From contig JAXGYC010000007.1 of the NCBI GenBank assembly GCA_040772485.1, positions 800,001-864,000 of the forward strand: a DNA stretch of 64,000 nt, given 5' to 3'. The translations under genes were made by a program, and so were the position numbers. Under the pieces are notes generated by a model, which saw only the letters and a program-made list of their open reading frames with translations, did no database searches and was not told the origin of the DNA. This stretch comes from Sedimentisphaerales bacterium. GTDB lineage: Bacteria > Planctomycetota > Phycisphaerae > Sedimentisphaerales > Anaerobacaceae. Of this stretch, positions 37,188-46,770 are shown in pieces (the first letter of the stretch is position 1; each line of letters opens with the position of its first letter).

Positions 37188-38975
37188 ATGACAAACAGAA
37201 AGATAGAGATACTGGCCGACCGGGTCGAGCGTGAGTTCCTCCCCTTCGTGCGCCGGCCGGCTCGCTATATCGGTGGCGAAGTCAACCAGGTTCGCAAGGC
37301 TCTCGACCGGTGCGAACTCACCGTAGCGTTGTGCTTTCCCGACGTGTACGAAGTCGCCATGTCCAACACGGGCCTGGCCCTGATCTATCACGTCCTCAAC
37401 AGCATGGGCGGCGTCGCGGCCGAACGCGTCTTCGCACCCTGGGTGGACGCCGAGGCGATCCTGCGCGAGAAACGCATACCCCTGTTCAGCCTCGAATCGA
37501 AGGCGTCGTTGGCCGGCTTCGACGTGATCGGTTTCAGTCTCAGCAACGAGCTTTGCTACACGAACGTGCTGAACATACTCGACCTGGCCGGGCTGCCCGT
37601 TCGCAGCGAGCAGCGGGCGCAGGACGATCCGCTGGTCATCGCGGGCGGCGGGATGGCCAATTGCTGCGAACCGGTCGCGGACTTCATCGACCTGTTCGTT
37701 CTGGGCGAGGCGGAGGAAGCCGTCGTCGAACTGGCAAACCTCTTGATCGCCCGCAAGAGAGATGGCAAAGCCAAAGACGAGATTCTGTTCGAGATTGCCC
37801 GGCGATTCGACTGGGCCTATGTCCCCCGCTTCTACGAGTTCGCCTACGACCATTCGCGCATCACGGCCTTCAAGGCCCGCAACGAGATGCTGCCGATCCG
37901 ATTTCACAACGCCGTCGTCGGGGGTTTTGAGAACGCGCCGGTTCCAACACGTCCCATCGTCCCGTTTGCCGAAGCAGTCCACGAGCGCGTCAGCATCGAG
38001 ATCATGCGAGGCTGTCCCGGCCGGTGCCGGTTCTGCCAGGCGAGCTTCTGCCGACGGCCGATCCGCTACCGAAGCGCCGAGAAGGTCTTCGAACTGGCCA
38101 AGGCCTCGCAGGAGACGACAGGATTCGACACCGTGAGCCTGCTGAGTCTGTCGAGCGCCGATTACCCTCCTCTCGAAGAGCTGGTCGCCCGGCTGAAAGG
38201 GTACTTCGAAGACAGAAAGGTAGGCCTGTCCGTGCCGAGCCTGCGCGTGGACCAGCAGCTTCACATGCTGCCGAAGTATTTCACCTCGGTGCGAAAGAGC
38301 GGCCTGACCATCGCGGTCGAGGCGGCCAGCGAGAAGCTGCGCCAGATCGTCAACAAGCCGCTGAAAGACGAGGACTTGTTCGCCGCAGTCGAGGCAGCGT
38401 ATCAGTCCGGCTGGCAGAAGCTGAAGCTCTACTTCATGATCGGCCTGCCCGGCGAGACGCTCGATGACGTCAAGGCGATCGTCGATCTGTCCGACAGGCT
38501 GGCGAGACTCCGCAAGAGCGTCGACAATCGAATCGCGCAATTGAATATCACCGTCAGTTGGTTCGTGCCGAAGCCTCACACTCCCCTCGGCTGGTTCGGC
38601 CAGAGGCCGCGAGAGTACTTCCAACAGGCGCGAGGCCTGGTCCTCGACGAGAAACAGCGGCGCCGTGCGAACCATCTGCGTTTCAAGTTCCACGACATCC
38701 GGCGGAGCCTCCTCGAATCGGCCATCGGCCGGGGCGACCGGCGTTGCGGCCAAGTCATCGAAGCCGCATGGCGCGACGGCGCGCGCTTCGATCTCTGGGA
38801 CGAGTGCTTCGACTATGAGCGATGGCGGACCGCCTTCGCCGCCATGGGCCTGGAACTCGAGGCCGTCGCAGAAAGAACGTTCGAGCCGGACCAGATATTA
38901 CCCTGGGGCCACCTTGGGGGTCCTGACAGAGAATACCTCCTGAGGCACTACCACGACGCCATGAGCTCGCTGTGA
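37188..38975 (+). CDS. TIGR03960-type radical SAM protein
   Basis: RPARYIGGEVN, FPDVYEVAMSN, EIMRGCPGRCRFCQ (CxxxCxxC), KLYFMIGLPGE, FVPKPHTP, GARFDLWDE. Confidence 0.9.
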   Translation: MTNRKIEILADRVEREFLPFVRRPARYIGGEVNQVRKALDRCELTVALCFPDVYEVAMSNTGLALIYHVLNSMGGVAAERVFAPWVDAEAILREKRIPLFSLESKASLAGFDVIGFSLSNELCYTNVLNILDLAGLPVRSEQRAQDDPLVIAGGGMANCCEPVADFIDLFVLGEAEEAVVELANLLIARKRDGKAKDEILFEIARRFDWAYVPRFYEFAYDHSRITAFKARNEMLPIRFHNAVVGGFENAPVPTRPIVPFAEAVHERVSIEIMRGCPGRCRFCQASFCRRPIRYRSAEKVFELAKASQETTGFDTVSLLSLSSADYPPLEELVARLKGYFEDRKVGLSVPSLRVDQQLHMLPKYFTSVRKSGLTIAVEAASEKLRQIVNKPLKDEDLFAAVEAAYQSGWQKLKLYFMIGLPGETLDDVKAIVDLSDRLARLRKSVDNRIAQLNITVSWFVPKPHTPLGWFGQRPREYFQQARGLVLDEKQRRRANHLRFKFHDIRRSLLESAIGRGDRRCGQVIEAAWRDGARFDLWDECFDYERWRTAFAAMGLELEAVAERTFEPDQILPWGHLGGPDREYLLRHYHDAMSSL

Positions 38976-39471
38976 GCGCTGGGCCATTGCGTCCGAGAAC
39001 GTCGCAGGTCCGCATCCATCGGACTGGATCGGTCTATCGAGCCGACATCAGCACCGTCACGAATGCGTGCCGGCACCCTCCGGGGCAACCTACGAACTGA
39101 TCCACCTAACCTGCTTTTTGAACTGCACTTACGAAAACTCGCCCGTTTGGAGCCCCGCGAGACACAGCGGCGATCATCCCTGCTCGATCATCGCTGGACC
39201 TGTCGGGGCCGATGCGCGACGCGAACACACTGGAAACCACCCCCCAATCTGCCGATGAATCCCGTATCAGCAGCAGGAGACGGGATGCTCAGGACTTCCC
39301 ATGCTGATGGCGAATCAACGCGGCTTCACAGGCTATGGCCTGCAAAGCAGAGCGTGCCCGAAACCGGGTGAACCGGGCAAAGAAGACCGATGGAAATAGT
39401 ACAACTACGCCGGCCACAACCGAGATACGCACAGCCTGCTCTATGGGGCAGGACACGAGAGGGAGCCAACC

Positions 39472-39939
39472 ATGCGCGACTGTAAACCAATCCTCCTGGT
39501 GGAAGACGACACCATTGACGCCATGACGGTCAAGCGGGCTTTCAAGGAGTTGAAGGTGATCAACCCCTTGGCGCACGCCTTGAACGGAGAGGACGCGCTG
39601 GCCTATCTGCGAGAGGGAGAAGGCGAGAATCCCTGCGTCATCCTGCTCGATCTGAACATGCCGAAGATGAACGGCGTCGAATTCCTCAAGATCGCCAAGG
39701 ACGATCCATCCCTGAAGAAGATCCCCGTGGTGGTTCTGACGACATCGAATGAAGAGCGGGACATTATCGAGAGCTTCAAGCTGGGCGTGGCCGGCTACAT
39801 CGTCAAGCCGGTGGACTACCGCAAATTCGTCGAGGCCATTAAGACGATCGATCTCTACTGGACGCTGAGCGAACTGCCCGACGGCGACATCGTACCGCAA
39901 CCGTCATGCAGCCAGAAGCCGCTTGCCGCAGAGCGCTGA
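39472..39939 (+). CDS. Single-domain response regulator (Rcp1-like)
   Basis: ILLVEDD, LLDLNMPKMNG, IPVVVLTTS, GYIVKP, C-terminal YW. Confidence 0.93.
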   Translation: MRDCKPILLVEDDTIDAMTVKRAFKELKVINPLAHALNGEDALAYLREGEGENPCVILLDLNMPKMNGVEFLKIAKDDPSLKKIPVVVLTTSNEERDIIESFKLGVAGYIVKPVDYRKFVEAIKTIDLYWTLSELPDGDIVPQPSCSQKPLAAER

Positions 39940-40009
39940 GGTGTCCCGGCAATCCCTGCCGGCCCGCGCCCGCGTCCGATCACCCGACCATCATTCTGCC
40001 AACGCGCGG

Positions 40010-40037
40010 TTGACGACCCCGCCGCCCCTCCTATAAT
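40010..40037 (+). promoter_or_regulatory. Near-consensus sigma70 promoter (distal) upstream of acs
   Basis: TTGACG-N16-TATAAT. Confidence 0.6.
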
Positions 40038-40179
40038 GCGCCGGTAGCTGGCCGAGCCGCATTCCACACGGCCTGTTGGCAGCCCTCGCCTCCTGCTTCG
40101 GCCGCGTCGGCCAGGGGCTAGCCAGCCTGCCTGCGACCGGAATGCCTCAGGTCTTCAAGTACAAGTTCCGAATTTTCGT

Positions 40180-40208
40180 TTGACACCCCCTTTTCGTGAC
40201 ATTATAAA
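40180..40208 (+). promoter_or_regulatory. Second (proximal) candidate promoter upstream of acs
   Basis: TTGACA-N17-TATAAA in an AT-rich patch. Confidence 0.4.
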
Positions 40209-40337
40209 TCAGGTTTTACATTACGCTCGAAACCACGGCCCAAACAGATGCGATGTCGGCCGGATTTGACATCATTGCCGAGGAGCGGAATGGAAGGCCT
40301 TCAAGACGAACCGTTGAACACGTAAAAGGAGAACGCA

Positions 40338-42317
40338 ATGACGCAAGAGCAAGCCATCAACTCCCTGATGACCGAGAATCGGACGTTTCCGCCGCCCGAG
40401 GCAGTCCGGAAGAACGCCTATGTCTCGAGCACGGAGCAATACACCCAGATGTGGGAAAGGTCGATCAAGGATCCGGACGGCTTCTGGCTGGAGCAGGCCC
40501 AGTCGCTGTCGTGGTTCAAGAAGCCGACCAAAAGCCTCGAATACACCTGGGATACCAAGAGCCGGAGAATCGAACACACCTGGTTCGCCGACGGGCAACT
40601 GAACGTCTCGTGCAACTGCCTCGACCGCCATCTCAACACGCCGACCGCCAAGAAGACGGCCCTGATCTGGCAGGGTGAGGTCGATTCGAACGTCCGGAAG
40701 TACACATACGAGCAATTGCACAAGGAAGTCTGCAAGTTCGCGAACGTCCTGAAGTCCAAAGGGATCAAGAGGGGCGATCGCGTGGCGATTTACATGCCCA
40801 TGGTCCCGGAGCTTCCGATTGCGATGCTCGCGTGCACGCGGATCGGGGCGATTCACTCGATCATTTTCGGTGGTTTCAGCGCCGACGCCCTCGAAGGACG
40901 CATCAACGACTCGGAGTGCCGGATGTTGGTCACCTCCAACGTGTCGTTGCGCGCCGGCAAGCACATCCCGCTGAAGAACATCGCCGACGAGGCCCTCAAG
41001 AGAACGCCGTCGATCGAATGCGTCATCGTGACCAAGGAAACGGACGATCCCTGCCACATGCAGCCGGGACGCGATTTGTGGTACCACGAGGAGATGGCCA
41101 AGGCCGGCGAACAGTGCGAGGCCGAGAAGATGAACGCCGAGGATCCGCTGTTCATCCTCTACACCTCCGGCTCCACCGGCAAGCCCAAGGGCGTGGTCCA
41201 CACGACCGCCGGCTACCTGCTGCACGTGGCTCTGAGTCACAAAGTCATTTTCGATGTCCATGACAAGGACGTTTACTGGTGCACAGCCGATATCGGCTGG
41301 GTGACCGGGCACAGCTACATCGTCTATGGTCCTCTGGCCAATGGGGCCACTTCGCTGATGTTCGAGGGTGTCCCGACCTATCCGGACGCGGGTCGATTCT
41401 GGCAGGTGTGCGACAAGTTCGGGGTCACCGTCTTTTACACGGCCCCGACGGCGATTCGCGCGCTGATGCGGCTGGGCGAGGAATGGCCCGCCAAGTACAA
41501 GCTCGACACCCTGCGCATCCTCGGCACGGTCGGTGAGCCGATCAACCCGGAGGCCTGGATGTGGTATTACGAACACATCGGTCACAAGAAGTGCCCCATC
41601 GTGGACACCTGGTGGCAAACCGAAACGGGCGGCATCCTGATCACGCCGCTGCCGGGCGCTTTCACGCTCAAGCCGGGCAGTGCGACCAAGCCGTTCTTCG
41701 GCGTGGACCCGGTCATCCTGCGGGATGACGCCACCGAGTGCGGGCCCAACGAGGGAGGCAAACTCTGCATCCGCAAGCCCTGGCCCGGGATGATGCGGAC
41801 TATGTGGGGCGACCACGACCGCTTCATCGACACCTACTTCACCATGTTCGCCGACCAGTACTTCACCGGCGACGGTTGCCGCGTCGATCCGGACGGGGAC
41901 TACTGGCTGATGGGCCGAATCGACGACGTCGTCAACGTCTCCGGGCACCGCATCGGCACCGCGGAGGTCGAGAGCGCCCTGGTCAGCCATGCGAAAGTCG
42001 CCGAAGCGGCCGTAACGCCAATGCCGCATGAGATCAAGGGACAGGCCCTGTACGCCTTCGTGACCCTCAAAGAGGGTATCCATGAGAGCGACGATCTGAA
42101 AAAGGAACTGGTCATGCACGTGCGCAAGGAGATCGGCCCGATCGCCGCACCGGACGTGATCCAGTTCGCCCCGGCGCTGCCGAAGACGCGTTCCGGCAAG
42201 ATCATGCGGCGCATCCTCCGCAAGATCGCTGAGAACAACACCGACAATCTTGGTGACATCACGACCCTGGCCGATCCGCACGTGGTGGAAGTCCTGGTCA
42301 AAGGCCGGGGAAAGTAA
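40338..42317 (+). CDS. acs: Acetyl-CoA synthetase (AMP-forming)
   Basis: [71 protein letters not shown]. Confidence 0.98.
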   Translation: MTQEQAINSLMTENRTFPPPEAVRKNAYVSSTEQYTQMWERSIKDPDGFWLEQAQSLSWFKKPTKSLEYTWDTKSRRIEHTWFADGQLNVSCNCLDRHLNTPTAKKTALIWQGEVDSNVRKYTYEQLHKEVCKFANVLKSKGIKRGDRVAIYMPMVPELPIAMLACTRIGAIHSIIFGGFSADALEGRINDSECRMLVTSNVSLRAGKHIPLKNIADEALKRTPSIECVIVTKETDDPCHMQPGRDLWYHEEMAKAGEQCEAEKMNAEDPLFILYTSGSTGKPKGVVHTTAGYLLHVALSHKVIFDVHDKDVYWCTADIGWVTGHSYIVYGPLANGATSLMFEGVPTYPDAGRFWQVCDKFGVTVFYTAPTAIRALMRLGEEWPAKYKLDTLRILGTVGEPINPEAWMWYYEHIGHKKCPIVDTWWQTETGGILITPLPGAFTLKPGSATKPFFGVDPVILRDDATECGPNEGGKLCIRKPWPGMMRTMWGDHDRFIDTYFTMFADQYFTGDGCRVDPDGDYWLMGRIDDVVNVSGHRIGTAEVESALVSHAKVAEAAVTPMPHEIKGQALYAFVTLKEGIHESDDLKKELVMHVRKEIGPIAAPDVIQFAPALPKTRSGKIMRRILRKIAENNTDNLGDITTLADPHVVEVLVKGRGK

Positions 42318-42346
42318 GGATAGTCTCTTTTGCCTACCGCCCGAGA

Positions 42347-42382
42347 AACCGGACGTGCGCCTTCCTCGGCGCACGTCCGGTT
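42347..42382 (+). terminator. 15-bp perfect hairpin between acs and the OFA transporter
   Basis: AACCGGACGTGCGCC-ttcctc-GGCGCACGTCCGGTT; only a short U tail, so it may be an mRNA-stabilising or partial terminator. Confidence 0.6.
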
Positions 42383-42406
42383 CAGCTACCATGAAGGGGA
42401 CTGTGC

Positions 42407-43675
42407 ATGAGCGATGAACAAACCGCTACGTTACCCGAGATCAAGAACCACGGCTGGCGCGTGACATTTGCCGCGGTAGGTGTCAATCTCGCCCTGGGCA
42501 TCCTGTACACGTGGAGCGTTGTCAGCAAGGGTGTCCCGCCGGAATGGCAATGGAGCGAGACGGACAAGTCTCTGCCCTATATGTTTGCCTGCCTGATCTT
42601 CTCTCTGGTCATGGTGCCGGCCGGTCGCATGCAGGACCGAATCGGTCCCCGCGTGGTGGCCACCATCGGCGGCGTCCTGGTGGGCGCCGGCTTCCTGCTG
42701 GCCAGCGTGACGACCTCGCCCTTGGGCTATATCCTCGGATTCGGAGTTCTGGCGGGAACCGGCATCGGCTTCGGCTACGCTGCCGCGACGCCGCCGGCGG
42801 TGAAATGGTTCCCTCCCGCCAGGACCGGTCTGATTGCCGGCATCGTCGTCTCGGGGTTTGGCCTGGCCTCGGTATACGCCGCACCGTTGACCAAGACGCT
42901 CATCGACACATGGAACATCCAAACCGCTGTGATGGTCCTTGGCATCGCGTTTCTGGCAATCGTCACCATCCTGGCGCAGTTCCTCAAAGCGCCGCCGGCC
43001 GGCTACCTCCCGGCAGGAGCGCCGGCGCCCAAGGCTGCGGCCGCCGGCGACAGAAAAACAGACTTCGCGCCCAGAGAAATGCTCGGCACTGCGCAGTTCT
43101 ACCTGCTGTGGTTCATGTACGCCTGTGGCGCCGGCGCCGGGCTGATGGTCATCGGAAAACTCGCGATCATCGCGAAGGTCCAGGCCGGCATCGATCTCGG
43201 CTTCCTTCTCGTCGCCGTGCTGGCCATTGGGAATGGCGCCGGGCGAATCGTCGCCGGCACCCTGAGCGACAAGATCGGACGCCAGGCCACCTTGTTCATG
43301 TGCTTCGTGATGCAGGCGATTCTCGTGCTCGTGCTTTCACGGACCGTAGAGGGCGGCACGCTATCCCAAGCGCCGATTCTGGCGCTCGTCTCGGCCCTCA
43401 TCGGCGCCAACTACGGAGCCAATCTCTCGCTGTTCCCATCCGTCACGAAGGACTACTACGGCCTGAAGAACTTCGGCGTGAACTATGGGCTGGTCTTCAC
43501 CGCCTGGGGTGTGGGCGGGTTCATGCTCGCCTTTCTGGCCGGCAAACTGTATGACGTCTATCAGACGTTCAACTTCGCCTACTACGGGGCATCTGTCCTG
43601 CTGATTCTCGCCGCGATCGTGACGGTCTTCGTCAAAGCGCCGCATCACACGCACCGGATCGCAGAAGAAGCATAG
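42407..43675 (+). CDS. OFA-family (oxalate/formate antiporter-like) MFS transporter
   Basis: LGILYTWS, GRMQDRIGPR, GIGFGY, KWFP..RTGLIAG, GNGAGRI..G.LSDKIGR, NFGVNYG. Confidence 0.92.
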   Translation: MSDEQTATLPEIKNHGWRVTFAAVGVNLALGILYTWSVVSKGVPPEWQWSETDKSLPYMFACLIFSLVMVPAGRMQDRIGPRVVATIGGVLVGAGFLLASVTTSPLGYILGFGVLAGTGIGFGYAAATPPAVKWFPPARTGLIAGIVVSGFGLASVYAAPLTKTLIDTWNIQTAVMVLGIAFLAIVTILAQFLKAPPAGYLPAGAPAPKAAAAGDRKTDFAPREMLGTAQFYLLWFMYACGAGAGLMVIGKLAIIAKVQAGIDLGFLLVAVLAIGNGAGRIVAGTLSDKIGRQATLFMCFVMQAILVLVLSRTVEGGTLSQAPILALVSALIGANYGANLSLFPSVTKDYYGLKNFGVNYGLVFTAWGVGGFMLAFLAGKLYDVYQTFNFAYYGASVLLILAAIVTVFVKAPHHTHRIAEEA

Positions 43676-43752
43676 GCACCTGGTGGCACACGGGGCAGCA
43701 CAGAAGGCCCGAGCCGTGACAGGCGCGGGCCTTTGCCATTCCTGTCCACCTC

Positions 43753-44889
43753 TCACAGTCCGTGAATGGGGAAGACCTTTGCCTTGATCAGATCGATCGA
43801 GGCCATCAAGGCGGGCAGAACCGCCTGTTTCTGTTCTTCACTGACGGCCAGTTCGCGGTCGCGCAGGCCGCCCCGCCAATCGGTGCTCTCCATCATGACG
43901 CCGCCCATCAGAGGGCCAAGGTCCGGGCCATCGTCCTCCCCGGTGAAGACGGTCCAGGCCAGGGCCCAAGCACGGACGGAATTTTCCACGTTGTAGCCTC
44001 CACCACCAGTGGCGAGGATCGGCTTGCCGAAGTTCAACAGTTGCTTGATGATCTCCACGTAGGCGTTGTTGGTCAGATGCAGATGGGCCAGCGGATCGCC
44101 CGCCAGCGCATCGACACCCAGCTCGAACACGATCACATCCGGTCCGAAGGCGCCGATCAGAGGCAGCACCACAGACTCGAAGGCGTACAGATAGGCACGG
44201 TCGTAGGTTCCCACCGGCAACGGGAGATTGACGCAGTAGCCCTCGCCCTTGCCCTCTCCGATCTCGTCCTCGAAGCCCGTTCCCGGAAAGAGCATCTTGG
44301 GATTCTCGTGAACGGAGATGGTCATGACGTCCGAACGGCTGTAAAAGGCGTGGGCGACACCGTCGCCGTTGTGTACGTCCACGTCCAGATAGAGAACCTT
44401 CTTGCCCGCCTCCGCCAGAACCAAACAGGCAATCGCGTTGTCATTGATGTAGCAGAACCCCGCCGCCTTCTCGGGAAGGGCGTGGTGATAGCCCCCGGAT
44501 GGATTGAACGCGACATCCACTTGTCCCGAGAGAACCAGGTCCGCCCCCACGAGCGTCGCGCCCGTCGCGAGCACCGCGTAGTCGTACATGCCGCGGAAGA
44601 TGGGAACGTCGTCGGTGCCGATGCCCATGTGCAGCGCCTGGATGTCCCACTGTCCCTGGTCCGCTTTCTTCAGGGCATTCAGGTAGCGGGCCGAATGGAA
44701 GAGCTTCAGCACCGGTCGATCCGCCGGGAGGGGAGCCACTTCGCTGATCCCCTGCCCGGAGAGCAGTCCCATCGAGCAGAGGGTCTTGCGGAGCCTCCCG
44801 GCCCGTTCAGGTCGGAAGGGGCAGCCCTCCGGGTAGCGGTACTGCTCGATCTGGTCCGAGTGAATGAAAGCAGCTCTTCGTCCGGACAA
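43753..44889 (-). CDS. acuC: AcuC-like Zn-dependent deacetylase (histone deacetylase family)
   Basis: GGYHHA, GFCYIND, YLDVDVHNGDG, FPGTG, GVDALAGDPL, GGGGY. TTG start. Confidence 0.88.
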   Translation of the reverse strand: MSGRRAAFIHSDQIEQYRYPEGCPFRPERAGRLRKTLCSMGLLSGQGISEVAPLPADRPVLKLFHSARYLNALKKADQGQWDIQALHMGIGTDDVPIFRGMYDYAVLATGATLVGADLVLSGQVDVAFNPSGGYHHALPEKAAGFCYINDNAIACLVLAEAGKKVLYLDVDVHNGDGVAHAFYSRSDVMTISVHENPKMLFPGTGFEDEIGEGKGEGYCVNLPLPVGTYDRAYLYAFESVVLPLIGAFGPDVIVFELGVDALAGDPLAHLHLTNNAYVEIIKQLLNFGKPILATGGGGYNVENSVRAWALAWTVFTGEDDGPDLGPLMGGVMMESTDWRGGLRDRELAVSEEQKQAVLPALMASIDLIKAKVFPIHGL

Positions 44890-44897
44890 GGTCTTTC

Positions 44898-46769
44898 CTA
44901 CGAGTGTTCTTTGGTCAGGTCGTATGAGACGTTGTAGACGTCTCCATCAAATTCCACGTTGACTTTGTACCCGGAATTCTGGAAGACCGCCAGCATCGGT
45001 CGGTTGTCCGGCAGCACCTTCGCATAGAAGCGCTTGACGCCCCGCTGGCGGGCCACCTGCGTGATGTAATCCAGCAGGAACGTGCCCATGCCCTTCTGCT
45101 GCCACTCGTCCTGCACGAGGAAGGCCACCTCCGCCGCCAGGGTCTTCGGGTCGAGGTAGTACTGGGCGATCGCAACCATGTCGTCGCCCCCTACCCCAGG
45201 GACCATACCGACAATGGCGATGTCACTCTTGTAGTCGATGTTCGTCAATTGCTGGACGTCCTTGTGCGGGAAGGCCACCGTCCGCGTCATATAGCGCGTC
45301 CGAACCGACTGCTCGCTGAGCGAGTAGAGCATCTCGGACAACGCCGGTTCGTCGACCGGTTTGATCGGACGGAAGAAGATCTCCGTCCCATCCCGCAGGG
45401 TGGCGTAATGCTCCAGTTCTTCGGGGTAGTTGACCTGGTCCCACGACAGCTCGATCTGGTCCTGGTAGATGTAGTTCTTGGCCTTGGCGGCCTGGATCAG
45501 ACTCTTGCGGAACTTCGGATGGGCGATGTTGATCAGATCGAGCACGCGCTGCCGGATACTCTTGCCGTGCAGATACGCGATGCCGTACTCGGTCACGACG
45601 TAGTGGACATCGGCTCGCGTGGTCACCACGCCGGCGCCCTCCGTCAGGTGAGGCACGATGCGGGAGATCTGACCGTTCTTGGCCGTCGAGGGCATGGCAA
45701 TCACCGCCTTGCCCCCGCGGCTTCGCGCCGATCCGCGAATGAAGTCCACCTGGCCCCCGATGCCGCTGTAAAATTTGTGGCCCAGCGAATCGGCACAGAC
45801 CTGTCCGGTCAGATCGATCTCCAGACCGGTGTTGATCCCGACCATCTTGTCATGCTGGCTGATGACGTTGACGTCATTGACGTACTCGGTGGGATAGAAT
45901 TCAAAGAACGGATTGTTGTCGATGTAGTCGTAGAGTTTCTTGGAGCCCATGCAGAAGCTGGCGACAATCTTGCCGCGATTGAGCGACTTCTTCGCACAGG
46001 TGATCGCGCCACAGTCGATCAGGTCGATGATCCAGTCGCTGAACATCTCGGTGTGGACGCCGAGGTCCTTCTTGTAGACAAGATACTCGGCCAGGGCCTG
46101 GGGGATGCGTCCGATGCCGCACTCGATGGTGCTGCCGTCGTCGACGAGTTGGGCGACGTTCTGCCCGATCCGGCGGAGCGTCTCATCGGGCTCGTCGATC
46201 GGGATCTCGATGATCGGCTCATCGTACGGGACGAGCACGTCGATGGTGTTGACGTGCAGAAAGCTGTTGCCGTGCGTTCGCGGCATGTGGCTGTTGACCT
46301 GTGCGATGACGTAGCGGGCGTTCGCGGCGGCCGCCTGCACGATGTCCACGGAGACCCCGAGACTGCACAAGCCGTTGGCGTCGGGCGGCGCCACCGAGAT
46401 CAGCGCCACGTCGACGGGGATGCGTCCGCTTTCGAACTCGGCAGGAATCTCCGACAGAAAGATCGGCGTGTAGTCGCCGACCCCCCGATCCAGGGCATGC
46501 CGGACGTTGTCCGCGATGAAGAAGCTGTTCATCTTGAACTTCTCGCGGAACTTGTCGTCCACGTAAGGAGCCTCTCCCATCGTCAGCAGATGCACGATGT
46601 GCGCATCGTAGATGTGATCGGAGTACTCCACGAGGGAGCGAACCAGATGCTGCGGCTGCGCGCAGCCGGTTCCGATGAAGATGCTGTTGCCCGACTTGAT
46701 CAGCTTCATCGCCGCTGAAGCGGGCTTCACCTTCTCTTTGTACTTGGCTTGCCAATCGATTGCTTGCAT
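44898..46769 (-). CDS. Acetyl-CoA hydrolase/CoA-transferase family domain fused to a C-terminal Pat-type GNAT acetyltransferase
   Basis: CSLGVSVD, GIGRIP, LGVHTEMFSD (catalytic Glu), IDLTGQVCAD, SGIGGQVDFIRG, VVTEYG; then RPIKPVDE..TNIDY..AEVAFLVQDEWQQKGMG..VLPDNRPML. Confidence 0.92.
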   Translation of the reverse strand: MQAIDWQAKYKEKVKPASAAMKLIKSGNSIFIGTGCAQPQHLVRSLVEYSDHIYDAHIVHLLTMGEAPYVDDKFREKFKMNSFFIADNVRHALDRGVGDYTPIFLSEIPAEFESGRIPVDVALISVAPPDANGLCSLGVSVDIVQAAAANARYVIAQVNSHMPRTHGNSFLHVNTIDVLVPYDEPIIEIPIDEPDETLRRIGQNVAQLVDDGSTIECGIGRIPQALAEYLVYKKDLGVHTEMFSDWIIDLIDCGAITCAKKSLNRGKIVASFCMGSKKLYDYIDNNPFFEFYPTEYVNDVNVISQHDKMVGINTGLEIDLTGQVCADSLGHKFYSGIGGQVDFIRGSARSRGGKAVIAMPSTAKNGQISRIVPHLTEGAGVVTTRADVHYVVTEYGIAYLHGKSIRQRVLDLINIAHPKFRKSLIQAAKAKNYIYQDQIELSWDQVNYPEELEHYATLRDGTEIFFRPIKPVDEPALSEMLYSLSEQSVRTRYMTRTVAFPHKDVQQLTNIDYKSDIAIVGMVPGVGGDDMVAIAQYYLDPKTLAAEVAFLVQDEWQQKGMGTFLLDYITQVARQRGVKRFYAKVLPDNRPMLAVFQNSGYKVNVEFDGDVYNVSYDLTKEHS

Positions 46770-46770
46770 G

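Noticed and set aside
40038..40146. SRP RNA, 6S RNA or tRNA identity for the structured tract
   Set aside because: No SRP loop motif or cloverleaf/T-loop on either strand; kept only as an unassigned candidate.
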